Source of the DNA: Phycisphaeraceae bacterium
Lineage (GTDB): Bacteria; Planctomycetota; Phycisphaerae; Phycisphaerales; Zrk34
Direction of reading: 5' to 3'
Length of the DNA stretch: 64,000 nucleotides
Assembly (NCBI GenBank): GCA_040905565.1
Contig: JBBDRF010000063.1
Location: 1 to 64,000 of the forward strand
Below the pieces are notes generated by a model. The model searched no databases. It saw only the letters and a program-made list of their open reading frames with translations, and had not been told where the DNA came from. Positions 38,512 to 48,225 of this stretch are shown piece by piece; the first letter of the stretch is position 1; each line of letters starts with the position of its first letter. Both the position numbers and the translations under genes were made by a program.

Positions 38512-39759
38512 TCAGCGTTGGCGGCTGTATTCGTCGAACCAGCCGCGGAGGCGGGTGCCGGGGACTTTAAGGACGTTGCCGCCTGATTCGCGGATGGCGG
38601 CGACGGCCTCGGCCTCATCGGCATCGAGCAGGACGACGGTGAGGCTGACCTCGGCCTCTTCGAGCCGGCGGAGGATCGTCTGCATCTGTTCCGCGTCGGG
38701 TAGCAGCCGGGCGGTGAGGATGATCATCTCGGGCTCGCTGACGATCGCACGTTCGACGGCATCGAGCAGGACGAACCCGCCGCCGGCGGTGAGGCCATCT
38801 AGGCGACGCTCCACGGCATTGTGCGAAAGGTCCGCGCCGGACATCAACTCAGGCGGGAAGACCATCAGATCGCTTTCGCGAGCGGCGACCACCTGAAGCT
38901 CGTGGCGCTCGTCAGCCGCTTCCACCGCAAGCACGGCGGCCTGATTGGCGAAGGTGACGAAGTTGGTCATCGCGCCGGAATGGTCGATCACCAGTGCGGT
39001 GCGACCGGCGAGCGGCACGCCGAGGTACTGCGGCCCGCCTTGAAGAAGCGGGTTCACGAAGGTGCCGAGTTCCTCCTCATGAATTTCCTGTGCCGTGACC
39101 TCGGGCTCGGTCTGCATGCTTTGCATCGCGAAAAACAGCACGGCCAGAAGCGTGGCGATACTCAGCACGAGGGCGAGAACGGTGGCGATCTGGTTCTTGA
39201 GCGTGATAGGTTTGCGGCGGTTGGCGCGCCTTCGCTTGGAGGCCCGCCGTTTGGAGGTCCGCCGTTTTGGGGAGGCAGTGGTGGTGGTGGCGGTGAGATC
39301 GGAAAGCGAGGGCTCGGGTGACCGTTCGGGCTTCTGGTCGGCGAACGGGTCGTCTTCCTCCGCTTCGTCGTCCGCAGGTTCCTCGGCGACAGGCTCATCT
39401 TCCCACGGTTCGGTCTCGTCTTCGGGTTCGTCGTCTGCATCGTCTTCGGGGGGCGGGCCTGTGATCGCGGCTGCCAGGGCGTCGGTCGGGTCCTGCGGCG
39501 GGGCGGGATCCTGCGGCGCGGGCGTGGGGGGAGGCGGCTTGGGGGCCGAGGCGGGGGCGATGGCTTCGGGGATGTCAGAAGATGGGTCGGGATCGGAGCC
39601 CGGGGGCGATTCGGGACGCGCGGCGCGCGCCGGTTTCTCCGATCGACTTTCGGGGACCGACAGCAGGCTGCCGCACGTGTAGCATCGGCAGACGCTGCCT
39701 TTGAAGGCTTCGTCGATCTCGAGTTCCGCTTGGCAGTCGGGGCAAATCAGGTGAACCAT
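38512..39759 (-). CDS. Hypothetical protein: Zn ribbon, acidic/Pro linker, basic patch, TM, vWA-like domain
   Basis: CPDC...CYTC; LVIDHSGAM; start placed at MVHLICPDC after TATAAT. Confidence 0.65.
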   Translation of the reverse strand: MVHLICPDCQAELEIDEAFKGSVCRCYTCGSLLSVPESRSEKPARAARPESPPGSDPDPSSDIPEAIAPASAPKPPPPTPAPQDPAPPQDPTDALAAAITGPPPEDDADDEPEDETEPWEDEPVAEEPADDEAEEDDPFADQKPERSPEPSLSDLTATTTTASPKRRTSKRRASKRRRANRRKPITLKNQIATVLALVLSIATLLAVLFFAMQSMQTEPEVTAQEIHEEELGTFVNPLLQGGPQYLGVPLAGRTALVIDHSGAMTNFVTFANQAAVLAVEAADERHELQVVAARESDLMVFPPELMSGADLSHNAVERRLDGLTAGGGFVLLDAVERAIVSEPEMIILTARLLPDAEQMQTILRRLEEAEVSLTVVLLDADEAEAVAAIRESGGNVLKVPGTRLRGWFDEYSRQR

Positions 39760-39807
39760 AGGGCCGATTATAGAGCGCCACCCATCGATTGTGCTATACA
39801 GGACCTT

Positions 39808-40764
39808 ATGAACGAGAACGATTGGGATGATCTGGATTTCGGCTGGTCCGAGCCTGCGTCGCTGCTGCCGGGCCATGCGCCGGTGATGGTGGCGGAGGTA
39901 CTGGAGCTGCTGGAGCCGAGGCCCGGGCAGGCGGTGCTGGATTGCACGGTGGGGCGGGGGGGGCACGCCGCGGCGATCATGCCGAGGCTGGTGCCGGGCG
40001 GGCGCTACATCGGCCTTGATGCGGATGCAGCGAATGTGCGGGAACTGCAGGAAATGGCGGATGAAACGCCTGTGCCGATGACGCTGGCGCACGCAAATTT
40101 TGTTGACGCGCGGCGGGTTTTAGATGAGTCGGGCGTGGATCTGGTCGATGGTCTTCTTGCGGATCTGGGATTCGCCTCGACGCAGATGGATCGAGCCGAC
40201 CGCGGTCTAAGTTTCAACGCTGAGGGCCCACTGGATATGCGACTGGACCAGACCGCGAAAACCACAGCGGCGGATTTGGTCAACGAGGCATCGGAACAGG
40301 AACTGGCGGACATCATTTTTCGCTACGGCGAGGAGCGAGCGTCTCGGAAAATCGCGAGAAAAATTGTCGAAAAGCGCCAAGAACATCCGATTAAAACGAC
40401 TAGGGAACTTGCAGATATCTGCTCAGCGGCCTACGGCCCAGCGGCGCGGCGTCAGCGGATCGATCCCGCCACGCGGACATTTCAGGCTCTGCGCATCGCG
40501 GTCAACGATGAGCTGGGGGCGCTGGAGCAGTTGCTCGCTTCGCTGGAGAAGCTGGTCAAGCCCGGCGGTCGCGTCGCCATCATCAGCTTCCACTCGCTTG
40601 AGGATCGCATGGTCAAGCAGGCGTTCAAAGCACTGGTGGCGGCGGGCAAAGCAAAGGGCCTGACGCGCAAGCCCCTGGTGGCGAAGGATGCGGAGCGAGC
40701 GGCGAATCGGCGGAGCCGATCGGCGAAGCTTCGCGCTATTGAACTCGTGGATTCGGACTTTTAA
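39808..40764 (+). CDS. rsmH: 16S rRNA m4C1402 methyltransferase
   Basis: H.PVM..EV, DCTVGRGGH, DLGF.S.Q, PLDMR, TRTFQALRI.VN.EL, ISFHSLEDR, RSAKLR. Confidence 0.96.
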   Translation: MNENDWDDLDFGWSEPASLLPGHAPVMVAEVLELLEPRPGQAVLDCTVGRGGHAAAIMPRLVPGGRYIGLDADAANVRELQEMADETPVPMTLAHANFVDARRVLDESGVDLVDGLLADLGFASTQMDRADRGLSFNAEGPLDMRLDQTAKTTAADLVNEASEQELADIIFRYGEERASRKIARKIVEKRQEHPIKTTRELADICSAAYGPAARRQRIDPATRTFQALRIAVNDELGALEQLLASLEKLVKPGGRVAIISFHSLEDRMVKQAFKALVAAGKAKGLTRKPLVAKDAERAANRRSRSAKLRAIELVDSDF

Positions 40765-40840
40765 ACGTGTCAGAAGTTGATACAATCAACCGCAGTCTCC
40801 CGCCAGGATGGCGCAGGTCTCATGCTCAAGGACGATGCAC

Positions 40841-41830
40841 ATGACCACTGAAACAAAACTCGGGTTGCTGCTGGGCATGGGGGTCATCATCCTCGTGGGC
40901 ATCTTCATCAGCGACCATCTTTCCAAGGCCAACAGCCAGCAGACGGCGGGGCTGGCCGATTCCATGCGCCCGCTCGACGATTCGGACCTGCCGCGGGGCC
41001 TGGAGGAATCGCGGTACGGCGGGGAAGAGTTCATCGTCGAAGGAAGCGAAGCCGAAACCACGCTGCCGTTGCCTGAGGATTTCGAAGCCCAGAGCCGGCC
41101 CGAGGTTCAACCTCGTCAACGGCAGACGCGCGACGCGCGTCCGTCTCTCGAGCGGGAGCCGCAGCAGGCGGAAGCGCCGCGAAACACGCGGATTCTGGAC
41201 ATCGACCTCAGGCCGACCATGATTGAACGTGAGCGCGAAGAGGTGATCGACGGCGAAGCACCGCTGCCTGACGCGCCCGTCGCCAGCGACGATCGGACGG
41301 AACTGCCGGACGAACTTGAGTATGTCGAACCGCGGGAAGAGCGCCGTTTCGAACCCGAGCCGGTCGAGCGAACAGTGACGCGTGAGAGTCGGCAGGTCAC
41401 GCCGGAACCGGAGCCGAGGCAGACCACCGCTCCGGTCACGCATTACGTCAAAGAAAACGAAACGCTTTCGAAGATCGCCGACCAGTACTACGGCGACCCC
41501 GGCTACTACGAGGTGATTTACGAGGCCAATCGCAACGCGATCTCGAATCCGAACTTCGTCCGCCCGGGCGTGCGGCTGGTGATTCCCGATAAGGCGGGCA
41601 CCGTCGCAAGAAGGCAGACGGAGAGCCCGGCTGAGACGACGCAGGAGCAGCCACCCACCGCTCGCACGCAGACCTACACGATCCGCGAGAAGGACACGAT
41701 CTGGGCGCTGGCGGATCGCTTCTACGGCAACGGCGCGAAGTGGAAAGAACTTTACGAGCTGAACAAGGACAAGATCGATAATCCCGATCGGCTGACGGTC
41801 GGCGATGAGATCACGGTCCCCGTGCGTTGA
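40841..41830 (+). CDS. Membrane-anchored protein with two LysM domains
   Basis: N-terminal TM; HYVKENETLSKIA..YYG...IYEANR and YTIREKDTIW.LA..FYG...LYELN. Confidence 0.88.
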   Translation: MTTETKLGLLLGMGVIILVGIFISDHLSKANSQQTAGLADSMRPLDDSDLPRGLEESRYGGEEFIVEGSEAETTLPLPEDFEAQSRPEVQPRQRQTRDARPSLEREPQQAEAPRNTRILDIDLRPTMIEREREEVIDGEAPLPDAPVASDDRTELPDELEYVEPREERRFEPEPVERTVTRESRQVTPEPEPRQTTAPVTHYVKENETLSKIADQYYGDPGYYEVIYEANRNAISNPNFVRPGVRLVIPDKAGTVARRQTESPAETTQEQPPTARTQTYTIREKDTIWALADRFYGNGAKWKELYELNKDKIDNPDRLTVGDEITVPVR

Positions 41831-41883
41831 ATGTGATCGCCCATGCAAAGCGATAATCCGCGAGCCACAGAACGGGCCCCGGT

Positions 41884-42186
41884 ATGTTTGGAAAGCTGAT
41901 TGCTCTGAGTCTGATGCTCGTGGTGCTGGGGGCCTCGCTGCTGGTGCTGCGGCAGCATCGGCTCGAGTTGGCGCACGAAGCGGCGACGCTGCATCGGCAG
42001 ATTCACGACAAACGGCAGGATATCTGGAACGTGCAGGCGGAGGCCTCGGCGGAGCTGACGCCCACCGCGTTGGCGCGTCGCATCGGTGCCACCCGTCTGG
42101 CGCTCGAGCCTCACATCCCTGAATCGCCGACGCTGCCGAGTGTGCTCGCCCGAAGTGAGCAGTACGATTCGCCGCCTCAGCCTTGA
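41884..42186 (+). CDS. FtsL-like cell division protein
   Basis: 100 aa, single TM, short coiled coil, TP..L...; immediately upstream of ftsI. Confidence 0.6.
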   Translation: MFGKLIALSLMLVVLGASLLVLRQHRLELAHEAATLHRQIHDKRQDIWNVQAEASAELTPTALARRIGATRLALEPHIPESPTLPSVLARSEQYDSPPQP

Positions 42187-43953
42187 GTGGAATTGCAGCG
42201 TATGAACGCTTGGCGCGTGGTTAATCCGGGGGTGGCGCAGAACCGTCGCGTGCTCAACACGACGCGGCTGATTGTCGTGGGGATGTCGCTTTGCATGTTG
42301 GCGCTGCTGGGGCGGGTGGTGCAGTTGCAGCTGATGCCCGAGCCCGCGGTGGTGGCGCGGATGGATCGCACGACGGGGACCGCGAATCTGCAGGCCCGCC
42401 GGGGGACGCTGCTGGATAGCCGCGGGCGGGCTCTGGCGGTTTCGCGGGTAGGCTACAAGCTTTTCGCCGACCCGAAGCTGATTGAAGATCCCTCGCGTTT
42501 TGCCCTTCAACTCGCTCACAAGATCGATGACGATCCTGCCCGCATCGACCAGCTGATTGATGAGCGGTTCGATGGTCGCTACGTGGTGCTTGATCCGTTG
42601 CTGGATCAGCGGCAGGTTGAAGCCGTTCGCGCGGAGAAGCTGCGCGGCACGGGACTCGAGCCTCGCCTGGTCAGGCAATATCCGCACGGTGCGGTGGCGG
42701 GGCAGATCATCGGTTTTGTCGGCTCGGAACACACCGGCCTCGACGGAGCCGAGCACGCCCTGGACGAATACCTTTCAGGCAAGAGCGGCAGCGTAAAGAT
42801 GCTGCGTGACGTGCGGCGGCGACCACTCTGGGTCGAGCGGGAGGGGTTCAAGCCGCCCCGCGACGGCAGGGATGTGCGTCTGAGCATCGACACGGTCGTG
42901 CAGGCAATCGCCGAGAGAGAGCTGGCGGCGGCCTGCGAGGAATACCAGGCGAAGCGTGGCGAGGTCGTCGTCATGGACTCGCGCACCGGGCAACTGCTGG
43001 CGATGGCGAACTGGCCCCCGATGAGCCCGCAGGAGTTCCCCGGAGCCGACGCTTACATCCGCCGCAACCGGACGATCACCGATGCCTACGAGCCCGGCTC
43101 CGTCTTTAAGCCATTCCTGCATGCCGTGGCGACGCAGCGCGGTCTGGCGCGGCCGGAGCAGGTCATCGACACCGGCACAGGTTTGTGGTTTTCTTCACGT
43201 GGCAGGCGTCTGCGCGATGCGCATCCGCATGGCGAGGTGACGTGGGATGATGTGCTCGTCGTCTCCAGCAACATCGGCATGGCGAAGGTGCTCGAGCCGA
43301 TGACCGCGCAGCAGATGCACGACGCGGTCCAGCAGTTCGGCTTCGGGCTCAAGCCCGGCACCGGCCTCCCCGGTGAGAGCCCGGGCCTGTTGAACCCGGC
43401 GCGGAACTGGACGCACTATTCGCTTTCGAGTGTGCCGATGGGCCAGGAGATCGGCGTGACGGGGTTGCAGCTGGCGCAGGCGCTAAGCGTCTTCGCCAAC
43501 GAAGGCATGATGGTTGCACCCAGTGTGATGGCCGACGACGCGAACATGCCGATCTTCCGCAAGGTTCTCGATGCCGACGTCGCTCAGCACACACGCATGG
43601 TGATGCGAAGGGTGGTGACTGAGGGCACCGGCCGTCGCGTCAACAGCGAGATCTACAGGTTGTGGGGCAAGACGGGGACCGCTCAGATGGCGCGCACGGA
43701 CGGCGGCGGTTACTCGCCCGGTAAATACACCGCCAGCTTCATCTGCGGTGCGCCGCTGCTGGATCCGAAGATCATCGTGGTGGTCAGCGTTCACGAGCCT
43801 GATCCTTCGATCGGCTACTACGGGGGCATCGTCGCGGCGCCGGTGGCGCAGGCCGTGGTGGAGCAGACGCTGGGGTACTTGGGTGTTCCCTCGGATGTTG
43901 AAGATCACACCGCGCCGTCTCACGTGGTTCAGGCGCGTGAGGTCCGCGATTAA
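42187..43953 (+). CDS. ftsI: Class B penicillin-binding protein (FtsI/PBP3-like)
   Basis: RG.LLD.RG, RQYP.G, YEPGSVFK (SxxK), SSNIG (SxN), GKTGTAQ; start uncertain. Confidence 0.9.
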   Translation: MELQRMNAWRVVNPGVAQNRRVLNTTRLIVVGMSLCMLALLGRVVQLQLMPEPAVVARMDRTTGTANLQARRGTLLDSRGRALAVSRVGYKLFADPKLIEDPSRFALQLAHKIDDDPARIDQLIDERFDGRYVVLDPLLDQRQVEAVRAEKLRGTGLEPRLVRQYPHGAVAGQIIGFVGSEHTGLDGAEHALDEYLSGKSGSVKMLRDVRRRPLWVEREGFKPPRDGRDVRLSIDTVVQAIAERELAAACEEYQAKRGEVVVMDSRTGQLLAMANWPPMSPQEFPGADAYIRRNRTITDAYEPGSVFKPFLHAVATQRGLARPEQVIDTGTGLWFSSRGRRLRDAHPHGEVTWDDVLVVSSNIGMAKVLEPMTAQQMHDAVQQFGFGLKPGTGLPGESPGLLNPARNWTHYSLSSVPMGQEIGVTGLQLAQALSVFANEGMMVAPSVMADDANMPIFRKVLDADVAQHTRMVMRRVVTEGTGRRVNSEIYRLWGKTGTAQMARTDGGGYSPGKYTASFICGAPLLDPKIIVVVSVHEPDPSIGYYGGIVAAPVAQAVVEQTLGYLGVPSDVEDHTAPSHVVQAREVRD

Positions 43954-44115
43954 GCAGTCTTGCGGCCGGACGCGTTTTTTTACAAAAGTCGCTCCGGCGT
44001 TCTAAGAACATTCCAGTCAGTCGGTAACCGAGGCCTCGCCGCCCCGGGGGTTCGCTCGTGGGAAGAACCCCTACATGGGGGCAAGCGTAGAATGAGTGAC
44101 GACTGGAGGTTCACT

Positions 44116-44991
44116 ATGGCTTGGGCGAACCTTACCGATACACGTTGCTATTACGAACTGCTGGGTCAGGGCGAAGCGCTGGTGCTGATTCCGGGCCTTG
44201 GTGCGTTGTGCCGGGCGGATGATCCGGATGCTGTCGAGCTCGCGAACGACTTCACGCTGGTCTGCCCGGAGCTGCGCGGCATCGGTCGATCGCGTGTGAA
44301 GCGGACGCCGACCAGCTTGGCCGATTACTGTTCCGATCTTGTGGAACTGCTTGATCATCTCCAGGTCGAGCGTGCTCACGTCATGGGGTTGTCGCTGGGA
44401 GGCACCATCGCGCAGCGGTTCGCGGTGGATCATCCGGGGCGGGTGAATCGGCTGGTGCTGGTTTCGTGTGCGCACCGGTTCGGGCCGTTCCTTCGGGAGA
44501 TGGCGACACTGGTGGGGCACACGATGCGGCACTTCCCGCCGCGGCTGTTTCGCCGGACGCTCGAGTTGCTCGGCAGCAGTCCGCTGTACATGGATGCCGA
44601 CCCCGAGCGGATCGACCGCAAACTTCAAGCACGTGCGAACAGTTGTGAACCCTCGCTACATGCGGTGGCGCAGCAGCTGCGTTGTCTTGTCGCCAGTGAG
44701 CCGGACGAGCAGAGCTTTCGCATCACCGCGGAAACACTGGTGATTGCTGGCGAATATGACGCGCTGATTCCGCACTGTTACGTGCGCCGGATGGCCGACG
44801 CGATCGCTGGCAGCACGTTCGTGATGGTGGAAGGGGCGGGCCATAATCCCTTTGCCGAGTGTGCCGAACGCTTGCTGCCGACGGTGGTTTCGTTTTTGAA
44901 GACGGGGGTGGTGAAGCCGATCCCGCCGTTCCCGCAATCCGATGCAATTCCTTCAGGACGTGCGACGACGAAGGAGCGAAAGTCTGCCTGA
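44116..44991 (+). CDS. Alpha/beta-fold hydrolase
   Basis: RGIGRS, GLSLGG nucleophile motif, GEYD, GAGH; SD ggagg. Confidence 0.85.
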   Translation: MAWANLTDTRCYYELLGQGEALVLIPGLGALCRADDPDAVELANDFTLVCPELRGIGRSRVKRTPTSLADYCSDLVELLDHLQVERAHVMGLSLGGTIAQRFAVDHPGRVNRLVLVSCAHRFGPFLREMATLVGHTMRHFPPRLFRRTLELLGSSPLYMDADPERIDRKLQARANSCEPSLHAVAQQLRCLVASEPDEQSFRITAETLVIAGEYDALIPHCYVRRMADAIAGSTFVMVEGAGHNPFAECAERLLPTVVSFLKTGVVKPIPPFPQSDAIPSGRATTKERKSA

Positions 44992-45034
44992 GAGATGGCT
45001 GCGACGCAGTGCCCCTTTTCAAGGAGGCCAGGTC

Positions 45035-46918
45035 ATGCGGAATCTGAGATGGTCCAGGATTGAATGGTGGCGGTCGGGCGATCGTCCGTTGAGGCCGGGG
45101 GAAGTTGAACCTGAGGTGGTGCAGAGGGGCCAGGAGAACGGGGGAACGGCCGCGCCGCCTCAGACAGATCGGCCGTCGAGTGCGGCGGGGATTTACAGTC
45201 GCCTCGGCGTCCCTAGCTCGCTTAACTATCCCTCCACGACGCTCGCCCGGCTGCTGGATCAGACAGCCGACCGCTTCGCCGAATCACCCGCGTTGATCTA
45301 TCAGGATCAGACGTGGACGTATCAGCAGTTGCTCAGTTACACCAACCGCATCGCCGGCGGTCTTGCGGCACTGGGCGTCCGGCCCGGGGATCGTGTCGTG
45401 CTCACGCTGCCGAACTGCCCGGAGTACATCGGCTCGTTTTTCGCAATTCAGAAGCTCGGTGCGATCGTCGTGAACGCTGGGCCGCTGGTGGGCCATGATG
45501 ACCTGGTGGCGCTGCTGCGGAAGACACAGCCGAGGCTGCTGATCGGTTTGGACCTGCAATCGCAGTCGCTCACGAGGGGCGGGGCGGAGGCCGACGCGTC
45601 GGAGATGCGCTGGCTGTGGGTGTCGCTCTCGCAGTATCAGTCGGCACTGAAGCGGGTGGGCTATCAGATTCGACTATGGCAGACGCACCATCCGGATAAG
45701 CGTTGGCACACGCGGTTCGATGTGATGTTGCAGACCGCGCCCTCGCGGCCGCCGACGGTGGCGCCTGAGCCTGACGACGTTGCCGTGCTTCAACTCACCA
45801 GTGGCACCACGGGCAGCCTGAAGATCGCGATGCTGACGCACCGGTCGCTGCTGGCGAACGCGACGCAGGTTTCGATCCCCGCCCGCATGCACATGGGGCA
45901 GGCGCGTGTGCTGGGTCTGCTGCCGATGTTCCACGTCTACGGCTTGACGATGTGCCTGACCAGCGTCGTCTACACTGGCGGCTGCGTGCTGCCGTTCACA
46001 CGCTTTTCCGCGGTGCAGATGCTCGATGCGGTGCTTGAGTTCAAGCCGACCGTGATGTGCGTGGTGCCGGCGATGGCTGATGCGTTTTGCGACCTGCTTG
46101 AGCAGCGTGATGCCGAGCCTGTGCGTGAAGCGCTCCGTGAGTGCATTGTCATCAGTGGTTCCGCGCCGCTCACGCCCGCGACCGCCCATCGTTTCGAGCA
46201 GCTGGTGGGCGTGCCGATCCTTCAGGGCTACGGCCTTACGGAAGCATCGCCGGTGACCCATTGCAACCCGCCTGACGATCCACGCGACAACTCGGTGGGC
46301 GTGCCCCTGCCCGATACGCAGGTGAAGCTGGTTGACCTTGATGATGCGAGCGTGGAGGTCGAGCCTGGCCGGACGGGGGAGTTGCTCATCTCCGGACCAC
46401 AGCTTTTTGCAGGGTATCTGCAGGATCAGGAGAACACACGCCGTATGCTCAGCACCGATGCGCAGGGACGGCAATGGCTGCATACAGGCGACGTGGCCTA
46501 CGCCGATGCCGACGGATTTCATTACCTGGTCGACCGTCGCAAAGCGATGATCAATCACGCAGGCTTCAAGGTTTGGCCGGCGAAGGTGGAGAACGTGCTG
46601 AAGTCGCATCCCGCGGTAGCGGACGTGGCGGTGGTCGGTTGCGCCGATCCGGTGCAGACGGAGAAGGTCGTGGCGCTGATCGTGCCGAAGCGACACGCCT
46701 TGGTGGAGGATGCCGAGCTTCGTACGCTCTGTCGTGAACATTTGGCGAAGTACGAGGTGCCCTGTCGTTTTGACCGTGTGAACGAACTGCCGCGTTCGCC
46801 GCTGGGCAAGCTGTTACGCCATCAGTTGAAAGTGGAGCCCTCGTGCGCACCGAGCGCATCGGGCAACGGAGAATCTAACGGCGAAGCTGAATCGACGCAG
46901 ACGGAGGAACGCTCATGA
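45035..46918 (+). CDS. Long-chain fatty acid-CoA ligase (FadD-like)
   Basis: LTSGTTG.LK, GYGLTEASP, LHTGD, DRRK, GKLLR; SD aggagg. Confidence 0.88.
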   Translation: MRNLRWSRIEWWRSGDRPLRPGEVEPEVVQRGQENGGTAAPPQTDRPSSAAGIYSRLGVPSSLNYPSTTLARLLDQTADRFAESPALIYQDQTWTYQQLLSYTNRIAGGLAALGVRPGDRVVLTLPNCPEYIGSFFAIQKLGAIVVNAGPLVGHDDLVALLRKTQPRLLIGLDLQSQSLTRGGAEADASEMRWLWVSLSQYQSALKRVGYQIRLWQTHHPDKRWHTRFDVMLQTAPSRPPTVAPEPDDVAVLQLTSGTTGSLKIAMLTHRSLLANATQVSIPARMHMGQARVLGLLPMFHVYGLTMCLTSVVYTGGCVLPFTRFSAVQMLDAVLEFKPTVMCVVPAMADAFCDLLEQRDAEPVREALRECIVISGSAPLTPATAHRFEQLVGVPILQGYGLTEASPVTHCNPPDDPRDNSVGVPLPDTQVKLVDLDDASVEVEPGRTGELLISGPQLFAGYLQDQENTRRMLSTDAQGRQWLHTGDVAYADADGFHYLVDRRKAMINHAGFKVWPAKVENVLKSHPAVADVAVVGCADPVQTEKVVALIVPKRHALVEDAELRTLCREHLAKYEVPCRFDRVNELPRSPLGKLLRHQLKVEPSCAPSASGNGESNGEAESTQTEERS

Positions 46919-48225
46919 TCCGTCCCATATCACAACCGAGTCAGGCTGCGATCGTGGCGGGGCTGCGGACACCATTTGCGAAAATGGGGACCGCGCTCCG
47001 CGAAGTGCACGTGACCGAGTTGGCGCGATCCGCCATGCAGGAAGTGCTCTACCGCACCGGGTGGGAGGCTGGCACGCTGGACGAGGTGATACTCGGCAAC
47101 GTGGTGATGCCCGCCGACGCAACCAACCCCGCACGCGTTGCTGCTTTGTATGCAGGAATCCCCGACCATGTCCCCGCCCTCACGGTGCAGCGAAATTGTG
47201 CGTCGGGCATGGAGGCAGTGTGGCAAGCGGCGATGCGCATCACCACCGGCGACGCGCGTGCGGTGATGGCAGGCGGGGCGGAATCGATGAGCACGATCCC
47301 GCTGATCCTGCCGACCGAGACGCTCGAGGTCGCGGGCAGCTTCATGAAGGCGAAAAGCCCTGCGGGCAAGCTGGGCGCGCTGACGAGCGTGCGGCCGCGC
47401 CACCTGCGCGCCAAGGCCGGGCTGGAGATGGGGCTCACCGATCCCGTCAGCGGGCTCATCATGGGCAAGACCGGTGAGAAGCTGGCGCATGAGTTCGGCA
47501 TCAGCCGGTCGGAGCAGGACGCGTTTGCGCTGCGGTCGCATCAGCGTGCGGTCGAGGCGGCGAAGGCCGGGAAGTTCGATGAACAGATTGTGCCGGTGTA
47601 CGCAGGCGACCGGTTCGAAGCGGTGACCACCGACGTGGGCCCGAGGGCCGATCAATCGCTGGAGGCGCTGGCGAACCTGAAGCCGGTCTTCGATCGGCGC
47701 GACGGCACGATCACCGTGGGAAACGCATGCCAGGTCACCGACGGCGCAGCGGCCATGCTCGTCGCCGATGCCGATGCCGCGCGGGCCGAGGGACTTGAGC
47801 CGCTGGGCTATGTTCGGGCCTACACGACGGCGGGGGTCGATCCGTCACGCATGGGCCTCGGCCCCGTCTTCGCGATTGACAAACTGCTTCGCAAGACCGG
47901 GCTGAACCTTGACGATGTGGACCTGCTTGAAATCAACGAAGCGTTCGCCGCTCAGGTGCTCGCGTGCCTCAAGGCGATGGCGAGCGAAGCGTACTGCCGG
48001 GAGCATCTGAATCGTGACAAGGCGATCGGCGAGGTCGATCCCGAACGGCTGAACGTGAACGGCGGGGCGATCGCACTCGGCCATCCCGTCGGGGCTACCG
48101 GTGCACGGCTGGTGTTGAATCTACTGCTGGAAATGCAGCGGCGTGATCTGGAGACGGGCGTGGCGGCGCTTTGCGTCGGGGGCGGACAAGGAGCAGCGAT
48201 CCTGCTGACAAGGAGCCGATCATGA
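46915..48225 (+). CDS. 3-ketoacyl-CoA thiolase (FadI/FadA-like)
   Basis: [31 protein letters not shown]. Confidence 0.92.
   Translation: MIRPISQPSQAAIVAGLRTPFAKMGTALREVHVTELARSAMQEVLYRTGWEAGTLDEVILGNVVMPADATNPARVAALYAGIPDHVPALTVQRNCASGMEAVWQAAMRITTGDARAVMAGGAESMSTIPLILPTETLEVAGSFMKAKSPAGKLGALTSVRPRHLRAKAGLEMGLTDPVSGLIMGKTGEKLAHEFGISRSEQDAFALRSHQRAVEAAKAGKFDEQIVPVYAGDRFEAVTTDVGPRADQSLEALANLKPVFDRRDGTITVGNACQVTDGAAAMLVADADAARAEGLEPLGYVRAYTTAGVDPSRMGLGPVFAIDKLLRKTGLNLDDVDLLEINEAFAAQVLACLKAMASEAYCREHLNRDKAIGEVDPERLNVNGGAIALGHPVGATGARLVLNLLLEMQRRDLETGVAALCVGGGQGAAILLTRSRS

Noticed and set aside
44012..44109. Multi-stem structure covering the SD of the beta-oxidation operon
   Set aside because: A good -10 box (TAGAAT near 44088-44093) lies inside it, so most of it may not be transcribed; GC-rich chance pairing is also likely
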